Shown here: piece by piece, positions 1-10,032 of the stretch
Numbering within the stretch: position 1 is the stretch's first letter
Layout: every line of letters begins with the position of its first letter
NCBI GenBank assembly: GCA_023334545.1
Contig: JAADVB010000088.1
Coordinates: forward strand, 1,798 to 65,797
Source of the DNA: Salisapilia sapeloensis CBS 127946
Lineage: Eukaryota; Protista; Oomycota
DNA length: 64,000 nucleotides
Reading direction: 5' to 3'
The notes under the pieces: model-generated
Database searches by the model: none
Seen by the model: only the letters and a program-made list of their open reading frames with translations
What the model was told of the DNA's origin: nothing
Translations under genes and position numbers: made by a program

Positions 1-301
1 AGCCTCGATGCTTTTTCCACAGCTTGACACGCTTGAACATCGGTGCGTGCTTGAGCATATCGGGGAATATGATGTACAATATCTGACTGCCTCGTAAATA
101 AACTTGGTCAACATGCGTCGATCGGCCGTGGGGATCCGTCCGAACGGCGTCCTTGAGCACACAGTTCATATTGTCTTCAGTCTCATCTAAGAAACCACGA
201 AAGACATCTCCGACTTTCATCTCAATCGTCACGATCGTGCCTTCGCCATCATGCAGCAAGATCGTCGGGATGCCAACACCTCGCTTGCCTGTGACCGCCA
301 T
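1..301 (-). CDS. SNRPD3: Small nuclear ribonucleoprotein Sm D3-like; 3' end runs off the window
   Basis: Not in the ORF track because there is no stop in the window. Manual minus-strand translation from ATG at 301 gives MAVTGKRGVGIPTILLHDGEGTIVTIEMKVGDVFRGFLDETEDNMNC...VYLRGSQILYIIFPDMLKHAPMF, which matches the SmD3 motifs G(V/I)P..LH..EG, EDNMNC and PDMLK.AP. Confidence 0.9.
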   Translation of the reverse strand, partial: MAVTGKRGVGIPTILLHDGEGTIVTIEMKVGDVFRGFLDETEDNMNCVLKDAVRTDPHGRSTHVDQVYLRGSQILYIIFPDMLKHAPMFKRVKLWKKHRG

Positions 302-415
302 GCTTACTGCGACCAGTCCAATGTACTCGGCAATGATACGTTTCATACAGTAGCAAATGAAAAGGAATGTGCAAGTGTATATTAAGTACCACTACGTCCC
401 TCGTCCCTTACATTA

Positions 416-1595
416 ATGCAGTCATTCATGAGACGAAGCCATGACAAGGAGTACCGACAGTATACGAGCGAAGGGATGTCGGAACTACTCGATGATGCGC
501 AATGGCGTGGAGTCATCCGCACAGCCTCTGGACTCGGCGCTGGAGCCATTTCCACAGTGCTCTTGTACCCGCTTGACCTGGTGAAAGTCCGCTATCAAGT
601 ACATGCAGGTTCCTCTCGCCCGTATCAATCACTGCCGCATGCATTCCGATCGGTCGTAGCCGAGCATGGCTTTCGTTCGCTATTCCGAGGCATGAGTCCA
701 GCTCTGTATGGAGCTACCATCAGTTGGGGGTTATACATGTTCTTTTACGCTCAAGCGAAAGAGCGATATGAGAGCATGACTGAAGACGGTCAATTGCGTC
801 CTGGAAGTTGGCAGTTTTTCATGTCTGGCATTGAAGCAGGGTGCATCTGTGTCCCTCTGACGAACCCAATTTGGCTCATCAAAACCAGAATGCAAGTGCA
901 GACTAGACGAAACGCACAACATGCAAGTGTAGATACTAGCAAAGATGCTGCGTCCAAAATAGCCCGACAGAATCTTCCGTACTCGAGTGTCTCAAGTACT
1001 ATCCTGCTTGTATGTAAAGCTATCATACGGGAAACTCACGCATGTATACTATAGATGCGTTCCGTCGGATTGTAGCGGAAGAAGGTTTCTTATCACTCTA
1101 TCGTGGGATGATTCCAGCCTTTATCTTGACGACCAATGGCGCTTTTAAAGTATTTCGTTATCTACTACTACTACCATGGATATGCTGCTGATAAAGATGA
1201 TAGTTCTTTGCGTATGAAGCTTTAAAAGGAACGTATCAGACCCACGTGAGTCCAGACATGTCGATCGTACCGACATTGGCCATGGGTGCCTTATCCCAAT
1301 CCTTTGCATCGACCATCACGTACCCGTACCAGGTCATCAAAGCCCGACTGCAACAAGGAGGCCCGTCCGCTCTTGCGTACAATGGCACGTGGGACTGCAC
1401 CAAGAAGATCTTCTTGTAAGCTACTTTATTCCATGTCTCAATGGACATCACTAAGTCGTATGTAGACACGAGGGCTACACTGGTTTTTTCAAAGGCTTGT
1501 CAGCAAACATATTGAAAGTCATGCCCACAGGCGCCATCGTGTTCGCCTCATATGAAAAGATCAACTCGACATTAACCAGTCTTGTTTTCAAATAG
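416..1595 (+). CDS. Mitochondrial carrier (SLC25), folate/FAD transporter-like; 4 exons
   Basis: Three carrier signatures: PLDLVKVR, PIWLIKTR, PYQVIKAR. GT-AG introns at 996-1054, ~1150-1203 and ~1417-1468 restore the frame (SSVS/NAFRRIVAEEG; GAFK/FFAYE). Stop TAG at 1593-1595. The true start could be the later ATG (MSELL). Confidence 0.85.
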
Positions 1596-1626
1596 AGAAA
1601 AAAGTGTCGTTCGGGTACCAATCTAT

Positions 1627-2387
1627 TTAAAACATTTCGTCCTCTACACGCAGGTACTCTCCGATATCGGCTTGGTGGAGCACGACGTAGGCCGTCGGAT
1701 CCAAGTTCTTACACATCTCCGTCGCTTGGGCCGCAATACCAAAGCCGAGCGGCACGTCGTTCATGCTATAGACGACGACACCAGCGTACTGCGGCGTGCT
1801 CTCTGTGATACGACCGAGGCCGGACTTGACAACGTTGTTTCCGTAGAGGAAAGACATCTCCGAGTTGGGCTTGATCCATACTTTGTACTAAAGACGACGT
1901 GAGACGAGAATACAAGTAGAAGGAGAAGAGCATGTACCTTGGCGTATTGCGCGAGGTAGTCTAGGAAGGTGATACGTAGGTGGAACTTCTTGGTCTTGGT
2001 GAACTTGCCGACGGCTGTGCCGAGCGACTGGAGCTCGTCCGAACCGACGTTGGTGGCTTGACGCATGAGCTTCTCACTGCAGTAGTAGACGAGGTTCCCG
2101 TGGAGACGGAAGCAGTATTTTTCATCCGGACGAGTGACCAAATGCTGGACATTCTTACCAATGCTAGAAAGAGAGTTAGATATTTTACTGGTAGTGCCGG
2201 TTGGAAGCAGAGTACGTACTATTTGCTAACCTTCTCAAAGACAGTCTAGTAGGAGGCAGATGCATAGCATTGATACATGTTAGTCAAGCCATTTTCCGAG
2301 TCAATACGATAGTTATGATAATATAATTAATGGTAGCTTGGAGATGGGTCATCGTACCTTTAGTTCTTCATCCGTTAACGGTCTCAT
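1627..2387 (-). CDS. NIP7: 60S ribosome biogenesis protein NIP7; multi-exon
   Basis: Exon 1 reads [10 protein letters not shown] from ATG at 2387. Later exons read [12 protein letters not shown]...[30 protein letters not shown] and [17 protein letters not shown]...[16 protein letters not shown] (PUA domain). Confidence 0.93.
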
Positions 2388-2748
2388 TGTTTCCGGTTGC
2401 TTGGTAAAGGTAGAGGTAAGTAGTCCTTGATACCTCGGATGGAAATGGGTTTAATTGGTGGACTGGCGGTCGAACCTTTGATCGGCAGTACTGGAGCCAT
2501 CTCCGGCGCTGTCATGCTCTCTCACAGGTACCTCTTCGTCATTTAAAATCAAAGATTCGCAGTTTATGTCTCTCTGCATACAAAACCCAGTACAATTACA
2601 GTTATTTACGTCGATTTGCTGAAATATTACAAGTAGTTTACATGTGCTGTATTAAATTACGAAAAGGCAAGTGGTTGGCTCAGGTCTTCGCAACCAGCAA
2701 TAAGCTCCATTTCAGTCCACGCCAAAGGAATAAGGAACAGTTTTAGCC

Positions 2749-3395
2749 ATGGAGAACAAGGTCGAGTCGGTACAGACTTTCGGGCGTAAGAAGAACGCTA
2801 CGGCGGTTGCTTACTGCAAGCGCGGTCACGGCCTCATCAAGGTCAACGGCCAGCCGATTGAGCTCGTCGAGCCGGAGGTCCTCCGTGTCAAGACGTACGA
2901 GCCCGTGCTTTTGCTCGGACAGCAGCGTTTCGCCAACGTATGTATCTCTCTCCTACTTGTACTAGTCTAGCACGCATAGCCGTTCTCATGATGACCATCA
3001 ACGACCATCATACCACGCGTATAGTGGTCACGACTGGATCATCCATGCTGCTACTAGTCCTCAAGTCAATCCTATTGTACTCACTCTTGCCAATAGGTTG
3101 ACATCCGTATCCGCGTAAAGGGTGGTGGTTACACTGCTCAGATCTACGCCATCCGTCAGGCCATTGCCAAGGCCATCGTCGCTTACTACCAGAAGTGTAT
3201 GTTCTAATCTTGGATGGAAGCAACTTCATGACGCTAATGATCTACATAGACGTTGACGAGGCTTCCAAGAAGGAGATCAAGGACATCTTGATGGCCTACG
3301 ACCGTACCCTTCTTGTGGCGGACCCGCGTCGCTGCGAGCCCAAGAAGTTCGGTGGTAAGAGCGCCCGCGCTCGTTTCCAGAAGTCGTACCGTTAG
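2749..3395 (+). CDS. RPS16: 40S ribosomal protein S16 (uS9); introns 2938-3096 and 3197-3249
   Basis: [30 protein letters not shown] and [31 protein letters not shown]. Strongly GC3-biased codons. Confidence 0.97.
2961..3058 (+). other. Fold-back RNA structure in RPS16 intron 1
   Basis: ACTAGTCTAGCACGCAT (2961-2977) pairs with ATGCTGCTACTAGT (3045-3058), giving 14 WC pairs with 2 bulges. Inner stems: ATGAT..CCA/TGGATCAT and ACCAC/GTGGT. Confidence 0.5.
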
Positions 3396-3615
3396 ATACA
3401 TTTTCAACCTCTTCCACATCACGGGGGGAAGAGGGTGGAGGGTGTCTGTCGAGTGGGCATTTCATTCAATGCTTCATGGTATCCTTTGGCCGAGATAGGG
3501 AAGAGTCGAGTGACTCTAATAAAACTGTTACTTTCTCTTCTCGTACGCCATTGTCTTTTCTTTTTATACATTGCCACCTATTTTGAACTTGAAGTCCGAT
3601 GAATCGAACTTCAAA

Positions 3616-5250
3616 ATGGAGAGTCGAGGAGCTCGCTTCGTGCAGCAGAACCTAGAGCTCCTGGGCTTTGGCACACATGCCAATGCATTAGTACAGGCTG
3701 TGAAAGAGCTCTTTGAAAATGGTGCGTACTTAGAGGTAGATGCACGCTCTAGAGGGATGTAAGTATGAGTTAATGACCTTCTCGACAGCATTGGATGCCA
3801 TTTGGAGTAGTGAACCAAGCGATATTACGGAAGAGATGGGTCAAGATGAAATGCTACGCATATCTGTGCGAGATGTGCTTTTGCCTGATGAGCAAGCAAC
3901 TCGTGTGGTGGAAATTGTTTGCAGTGATACTGGTGGTGGCATTCAAACCCATCGCATCCAGCAGCTCTGTTGTGGTATCTTCGAGACCACCAAAGCTTGC
4001 ACTACAACCTCGGACCCGACCACCGCTGTAACAAGTGGGAAATTCGGTAATTTGCTGTACTCTTTGCACGCAGTCTAGATAAATAGATGCTTTTTTTATC
4101 AAGTCCTAGACTACCTCATTTCGAATGCAACTAACAAACTTATACAGGAATTGGATTGAAAGGAGCCATGCTATACAGTCAGCAGCATAGTCACGAGCAA
4201 AGCTGTCTCAAGCTCTCGACGACATCAGCAAACACTTCCGACATCCTACATGCTCACTTACAAATCGGATGTACGACGGACCAAAATGCCATCGTACAGC
4301 ACGTGCAAAGCTTTCAAATGGATGAAAGTCACGTCGATTTCTCTGGCACGGAAATGAGACTACAACTCCCACTTCCAGATACGAATGAAGAACTGGAAGA
4401 TGTAGCTGATACATTAGCCATTTACTTTCAAACGTTCCGTTATTCATGTCCAAGCTACTTGGCCATTGATTTCCATTTCCACGTGCGTGAAATCCAGCTA
4501 GATCTACAAATTCAATCTGGAGAAGAACCGGAGCATCGACTTTTAGATGACTTTCGAGTGGATTTGGATGATGTCGTCTACGTTCAAGAGGAGAGCAGTG
4601 ACCTTGCTGTTTCCATAAGCTGCATCGCTTTGCTCCAAGGCAGCACAATCATGACAGAAGCCACTGATTTCGACATTTGTCTACTGCGCTATGCGAATCA
4701 CGTCCCTCTCATCAACAACGATGATATCTGGATCGGTGGTATGGCCAAAGGCTTGCTGAATAAAAAAGTATGGCGAAAGCATGGATACATATGTAGACCG
4801 AACTCGACATCACCCCTACTAAACCAATTCAAAGCAAATCCACGAGGCAGTCGCAATAAGAAAGACCAAACAAGTCCTTTTACACTTGTTCTAGCCATCG
4901 ACATCAGCTCCAATGTTTGTGAAGACAGAACGGGTGGACTGCGATATGGATGCTTAAAGAAGAGTATACTGGACGACTGCTACAGCCACCTCGTCTCTAG
5001 TTGCTGTGCGCAATTAGTCCAAAAGCTCGTGGATCAAAGCGTCTTGGCTTCACCATTTATAGAACGGGATAAAAGCATCATCGATACGTACGCTCCCTTC
5101 ATCGCAAATATTGTTGCGAATATCTCCAATACAAGCACGAGTGTTGGTGGTATGTGGGATGCATCCTCCGTCGACAGACCTTACATCGATCAAGAGGACG
5201 TGACGACCAGGTTACAACAGCTTCTACGTCAACAGCTTCATTTCAAATGA
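3616..5250 (+). CDS. DNA topoisomerase VI subunit B-like (GHKL ATPase + transducer); 3 exons
   Basis: Splicing at ~3722-3789 gives VKELFEN/ALDA (N-box). SDTGGGI is the G1 box. Splicing at ~4048-4147 gives GKF/GIGLKGA (G2). SGTE is G3. Transducer motifs: LRYANHVPL, VWRKHGY and LRYGCLKKSI. Confidence 0.8.
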
Positions 5251-5284
5251 ATATGCTTTCTTTCACTACTCTTGTCTTTCCTTA

Positions 5285-6964
5285 TTAGCTACATCCATTG
5301 CCGCCTACAAAAACAAGACAAGAGGTCGATTGGTTGATGGACAGCGCATTCACCGCCACCGACCAGGCCAATGCGATCAGCACGTACGTGAGCGTCACGT
5401 AGCCCATGAAACGACTACTTCCTCCTTCGCGTCTCAATTGCTGCGTTTCTGCCTTTTGTCGTGGTAGCAACGGTAGAAACAGGAGACCACAAAAGTTGAT
5501 CAAATAGCGTATGATCAAGACGTAGGTTACGTCCCATCGAACATGAGTCGAGTCGATCATGATGTCAGTGTTTGTGACGTCGAACTGGGCGTTCACCGTC
5601 TTGGTTAATGAACTTGCAAAGGGAGACGCGAGATTGGAGACGGTCGTAACCAGACCATAGACTGCTGCCTCACTATCTCCATCACAAAGCTCGACTACGA
5701 CGTAGGTGGCGATGATAAAGCCAACACCTTGTGGAATATTCTCTACGATTGGAACGCCGAGCCAAAACCATTGATTCCGGACGATGTCCCACGTCGTAAG
5801 GAACGATACGATCATATCTACGACAAGTACGGACACAAGTGTGATTGCATGCATCCATCGCCAGTCCCATTGCAAACCAAACTTTCCGGTGAAGAAGAGT
5901 GCAGAGGCAAAGATCACAGTTCCGACGATGGTAAAAATCTTGTCGTTCAGCGGCGTGGCCTCAGCCCAGTAGCTTTGCATCGGGTCACCACAAGTAATCG
6001 TGAAGCTTTCAAAGAGACCGGAAAGGAACTTGTAAGCAATCACTTGGTACATCGACCGCATTTGTAGTAGTGTCCAGAACTTGATCATGTACTCTTTTAA
6101 AGATGAACCAGGATGCTTCTCTTCGTCGATAAAGTACCATGTCACTGGAATGACTGGTAATATGCAGAACGCGATGATGACCATCAGTTGTGGGAACGAA
6201 AGGGAAAAGTTGAACTCTCCACCATAGTCGTGACCGTTGAAGGCAAAGCCGATGAAGACGTTGGAGATCATGACAAAGATAGTACGAACGAGGTAGACTG
6301 TTGTTTGCGTCTTGCCTCGGATACTCTCTGGCTCTCGTTGCGCTAGCTCGACAACAAGTCCATCCGCAGCTACGTCGGATCCGACGTAAGCGACGGCAGC
6401 GAGCGTCATCAGTACGATAAATTTGCTACCTTGTTCTGGTGCATCGAAATTTACAATGGATGTGATATTGGACGGCCGCTCGACTGGATTCATGTGGACG
6501 TACTGTGGATCTGGAAAGTAAGGATCACCAGCATCCATACATCCCATGACAAGGAGCACGACAAAGCAAAGGGTCCATCCGATAATCATAAATGGGCGGC
6601 GGCGATATCCAAAGATCGGATAGCAGTCGCAGATGACACCGTATACAACTTTAAACGACCATGGCAACATCAACAAGACACGCGCAGACACTAGCTGTGT
6701 CCCTTCCATTTGCAGGTAATTGAGCAGGAAAGGATAGATGACACCTGGAAGAGCGCCATAGAGAAGTCCGACGGCTGCGTACTGGGCCAAGAGACCAATG
6801 TAGCGACGACTCCAGATATTTGGAGCGCCACCAGAACGGAGTGCACCTTGCTCTAGACGGTTATCTTGAGGAGTTGCAAGGCGGACATAGCTTTCTTCAT
6901 GCCTGCTGCCGAAAAACGGAGACGATAGAAAGGATACTCGGTCCAGTTCTTTGGCAGGATTCAT
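5285..6964 (-). CDS. MFS transporter, folate-biopterin transporter (FBT/BT1)-like, oomycete-expanded type
   Basis: 559-aa multi-TM ORF with LPWSFKVVYGVICDCYPIFGYRRRPFM, DVAADGLVVELAQREP and EAAVYGLVTTVSNLASPF. Confidence 0.85.
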   Translation of the reverse strand: MNPAKELDRVSFLSSPFFGSRHEESYVRLATPQDNRLEQGALRSGGAPNIWSRRYIGLLAQYAAVGLLYGALPGVIYPFLLNYLQMEGTQLVSARVLLMLPWSFKVVYGVICDCYPIFGYRRRPFMIIGWTLCFVVLLVMGCMDAGDPYFPDPQYVHMNPVERPSNITSIVNFDAPEQGSKFIVLMTLAAVAYVGSDVAADGLVVELAQREPESIRGKTQTTVYLVRTIFVMISNVFIGFAFNGHDYGGEFNFSLSFPQLMVIIAFCILPVIPVTWYFIDEEKHPGSSLKEYMIKFWTLLQMRSMYQVIAYKFLSGLFESFTITCGDPMQSYWAEATPLNDKIFTIVGTVIFASALFFTGKFGLQWDWRWMHAITLVSVLVVDMIVSFLTTWDIVRNQWFWLGVPIVENIPQGVGFIIATYVVVELCDGDSEAAVYGLVTTVSNLASPFASSLTKTVNAQFDVTNTDIMIDSTHVRWDVTYVLIIRYLINFCGLLFLPLLPRQKAETQQLRREGGSSRFMGYVTLTYVLIALAWSVAVNALSINQSTSCLVFVGGNGCS

Positions 6965-7771
6965 GCTCGTAGTGCCACGGATGACAATGACGTTTAGGGA
7001 TGCTGCTGAATGGATGCGAGTGCTGAGAAAGCTTTAATTCTGAAGCTTGGTTTTTGCGTCTGATACCTGTGGTCGTAGCGTGTGACCAAACTAAGAATGA
7101 GAAGCACTACAGATGTGGACATGAATACATTTCTGCGCTCAAATTCTATCGATACGTCATGATCCAATCTGAATACTTTTCTTGAACGTTTATGATAATG
7201 TGTACGAATGAGATTGAAAGAAGCGGATGAGAAGTAACTTCCTTGGAAGGAGAAATGCTCAGAGCAGATAGGATCGTCTTCCATGTATGAAACCATTTCA
7301 TCTGGACATATCTTTCATATAATGAAGATAATACAAATGCTAGTGTCTCGATAAAGACGCTAAGTTGAAGTGATTAATTTGGAATCTTGGCAATCATGTC
7401 GAGTGCACGAGCCTTGGGTTGAGTTTCCACATTTTAGTACCTTCGTAATTTTCCAATCGTCGTGCGACTGATTCAGAGACACATTGAGCGTAGAGGGTTA
7501 TTGTCTCTACGTTGGTGCTTTCAAAAATCCCCTTTGCAATGTTCATCGACATTAAAGATGACAAGCGATGTCGGTGTTTCTGTACCTTTGACATCTGAGT
7601 AGGTGCATGCTTTAGAAGGATTTATATGTCGGACAAAAAGGTGTAGCAAGATCTTCATGTGAGATCAGACACAGATAATGAAAGCGAGGGACTAAATTGC
7701 TCTTCGCTTATCACGACGTAGGCTTTGCATGCCACCACACCGACCATAAGCATTCTTTGGGTGCCTCAGGA

Positions 7772-7787
7772 GCTCATTTTCAAATTC
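7772..7787 (+). promoter_or_regulatory. Oomycete INR+FPR core promoter element
   Basis: GCTCATTTTCAAATTC fits the oomycete consensus GCTCATTYBNNNWTTY and lies ~40 nt upstream of the subtilisin ATG at 7825. Confidence 0.6.
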
Positions 7788-7824
7788 AACTGCTTTGAGG
7801 CAAGTAGCTGCCTACTACTTAATC

Positions 7825-9393
7825 ATGGGTTTGCTAGGTTTCCAAGCCTTGCCCATCATTCTGCTCCTCTTCACTGTAAGTGCTGTGCACATTCATCCAA
7901 ATGTGCATCGCACACTTCAAGAAGAAGGCTCTGTCAATCTCATTGTGACAATGCAACCTGCTCCTTCAATTAAACATCATGATGTTGATCCAGATGCATC
8001 TCGAAGTGACCGCATCACTGATCTCGTTGCCCAGCTGCGTTCAGATGCCAAAGCAACCCAACAATCCGTGAACGCTGCCCTCAAAAGCATCTCGTCGTTC
8101 AGTACCACCGACAACCCCTTGTATGTGCAAACGCATAGTTTCTGGATTACCAACCATGTCTACATCGAAGGAGCCACACCAATTGTTGTAGAAAAGCTAA
8201 AAGATTGCTCTCACGTGGAGCAGGTGAGGAAGGAGTCTATCCTTCCACTTCCAGCCGTCCTGCAATCAACATCCACGGACTCATCGCCTCTTCAATCATC
8301 TCCAGAGTGGGGCCTAAATCTCATTCAAGCTCCACAAGTCTGGCAGTCAGGCAACACCGGACAAGATATTGTCGTGTCGAGCATTGACACTGGCGTAAGA
8401 GGAACGCATGAAGCTTTGCAATCAAACTATCGTTCTGAATACGGATGGTTTGATCCGGAAAGCAAAAAGGATGAGCCGTATGATCTTAATGGACATGGCA
8501 CACATACGATGGGAACCATCGCTGGTAACCACGGCATTGGAGTTGCCCCTGGCGCTACCTGGATGAGCTGCAAAGGTTGTCGGCCAGATGGCTGCTCTGA
8601 GTCAGATCTGCTTAGCTGTGCTCAATTCATCTTGTGCCCAACGGACAGTCAAGGGAACAATGAGGATTGCTCCAAGGCACCACACGTCGTGAGCAATAGT
8701 TGGGGTGGGCCATCTGATAACGATATTTTTCAAGCTGCTGTGAGCGCTTGGGAGAAAGCAGGCATCATACCCGTCTTTGCCAATGGCAATAGCGGTCCAG
8801 GATGCAAGTCGACAATGTCTCCTGCAGAATATGCCAATGTCATCGCTGTTGGAGCAACCGATAGCGACGATACATTAGCCAGCTTTAGCAGTCGAGGTCC
8901 ATCATATAATGGGTTGCAAAAGCCTGACGTCTCTGCTCCTGGTAAAAATGTCCGGTCTGCATGGAAGGACAGTGACGACACGTACGTGACTATCTCTGGC
9001 ACAAGCATGGCGACACCTCATGTCAGTGGGGCGGTAGCCCTGCTGCTCCAACAAAGAGGCAAATTGGAGTACAAGGACGTTTGGAAGGCATTAACGGAAA
9101 GCTGTGACACCCAGCTTGGCACCGTGAGCGACACATGCGTGGTGAATACTAACGATACATCGTATCCGAATTACGATTATGGCTATGGTAGAATCAATAT
9201 AGCAAAAGCTGTACAAGGACACAGCAACTCGAGTGCTGGACGACGACTAGATGAAGCGACTATCACTGTGTTGAGCACATCGACATCTACCGATGAAGAC
9301 AATGAGTGCATCGGACTGGAGGCGGATGCCTGTGCCCAAATGCTCTTTTGCGAATGGGATGCCACCAAGAATGAGTGCTTTACTTGGCTATAA
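7825..9393 (+). CDS. Secreted subtilisin-like serine protease (S8) with Cys-rich C-terminal extension
   Basis: Hydrophobic signal from ATG 7825 (MGLLGFQALPIILLLFTVSA) and a prodomain. Triad: SSIDTG, HGTHTMG, GTSMATPH. Oxyanion motif NGNSG. Confidence 0.93.
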   Translation: MGLLGFQALPIILLLFTVSAVHIHPNVHRTLQEEGSVNLIVTMQPAPSIKHHDVDPDASRSDRITDLVAQLRSDAKATQQSVNAALKSISSFSTTDNPLYVQTHSFWITNHVYIEGATPIVVEKLKDCSHVEQVRKESILPLPAVLQSTSTDSSPLQSSPEWGLNLIQAPQVWQSGNTGQDIVVSSIDTGVRGTHEALQSNYRSEYGWFDPESKKDEPYDLNGHGTHTMGTIAGNHGIGVAPGATWMSCKGCRPDGCSESDLLSCAQFILCPTDSQGNNEDCSKAPHVVSNSWGGPSDNDIFQAAVSAWEKAGIIPVFANGNSGPGCKSTMSPAEYANVIAVGATDSDDTLASFSSRGPSYNGLQKPDVSAPGKNVRSAWKDSDDTYVTISGTSMATPHVSGAVALLLQQRGKLEYKDVWKALTESCDTQLGTVSDTCVVNTNDTSYPNYDYGYGRINIAKAVQGHSNSSAGRRLDEATITVLSTSTSTDEDNECIGLEADACAQMLFCEWDATKNECFTWL

Positions 9394-9626
9394 AGATAAA
9401 CGCAAAACATCTCAAGCATCACGGCAATAAGCGAGCTAGTACTCCAGCAATACAAGCGTTATTGACTCGCTTATTCTAGTTTCCACATCGATCCCAAGTT
9501 ACCGTTAACTAAATATATCCAAAAGCAACGAGCAATTTAGCCCATATACTGATTCAGACTCGACTCTGCGCACGAGCATTTGGATCGACGAGGTCATGGT
9601 ACGCTTGCTCTCGTCCTACCCTCTTC

Positions 9627-9965
9627 ATGCAGCTTCATGATAAGCTGACTGGCATATTGAATAGGCTGCATCAGATCAACTCGTAGGATTAGTCCTTTTG
9701 CTCATTAGCGTCGTCGTGTACGTCTACTACACACTCTGGGTGATCGTGACGGTACGATTTGTCATTCCTCCCTACTTGGTCTCTGTCTTTAACATGTATG
9801 CTACAGCCATTCGTGGATGCTTCCCACCCATTGCAACGTTTCTTTCCACCCTACTACTTTGCCATGGCTATCCCAGCCATCTTACTCGTACTGTTGTTCA
9901 CTGGGAGTGCCACCTTCATCGGTCTCGTCATGATCCGAGCACAGAATAAGAAGAAAAACAACTAA
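9627..9965 (+). CDS. DPM2: Dolichol-phosphate mannosyltransferase regulatory subunit DPM2-like; 3 exons
   Basis: Spliced product MQLHDKLTG/LVLLLISVVVYVYYTLWVIVT/PFVDASHPLQRFFPPYYFAMAIP...AQNKKKNN matches the DPM2 pattern YYT.W....PF.D..H....F.P. Intron 2 is GT-AG (9752-9806). The 5' structure is uncertain because it needs a GC-AG intron at 9652-9686. Confidence 0.75.
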
Positions 9966-10032
9966 ACTCGAATGCCTTTTTTGTGTCTTTTTGTGTTTAT
10001 TTCCTGTACCTGCTTCAACCCCTCGACAGTAA

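Noticed and set aside
2988-2994. Box C (ATGATGA) suggesting a canonical C/D snoRNA in the RPS16 intron
   Set aside because: There is no CTGA box D in the intron, so a canonical snoRNA call is unsupported. It is kept only as a structured-intron finding.
416-6964. Folate-type mitochondrial carrier near an FBT-family transporter, as a folate cluster
   Set aside because: Substrates of both are unverified, unrelated genes intervene, and FBT-like genes are numerous in oomycetes.
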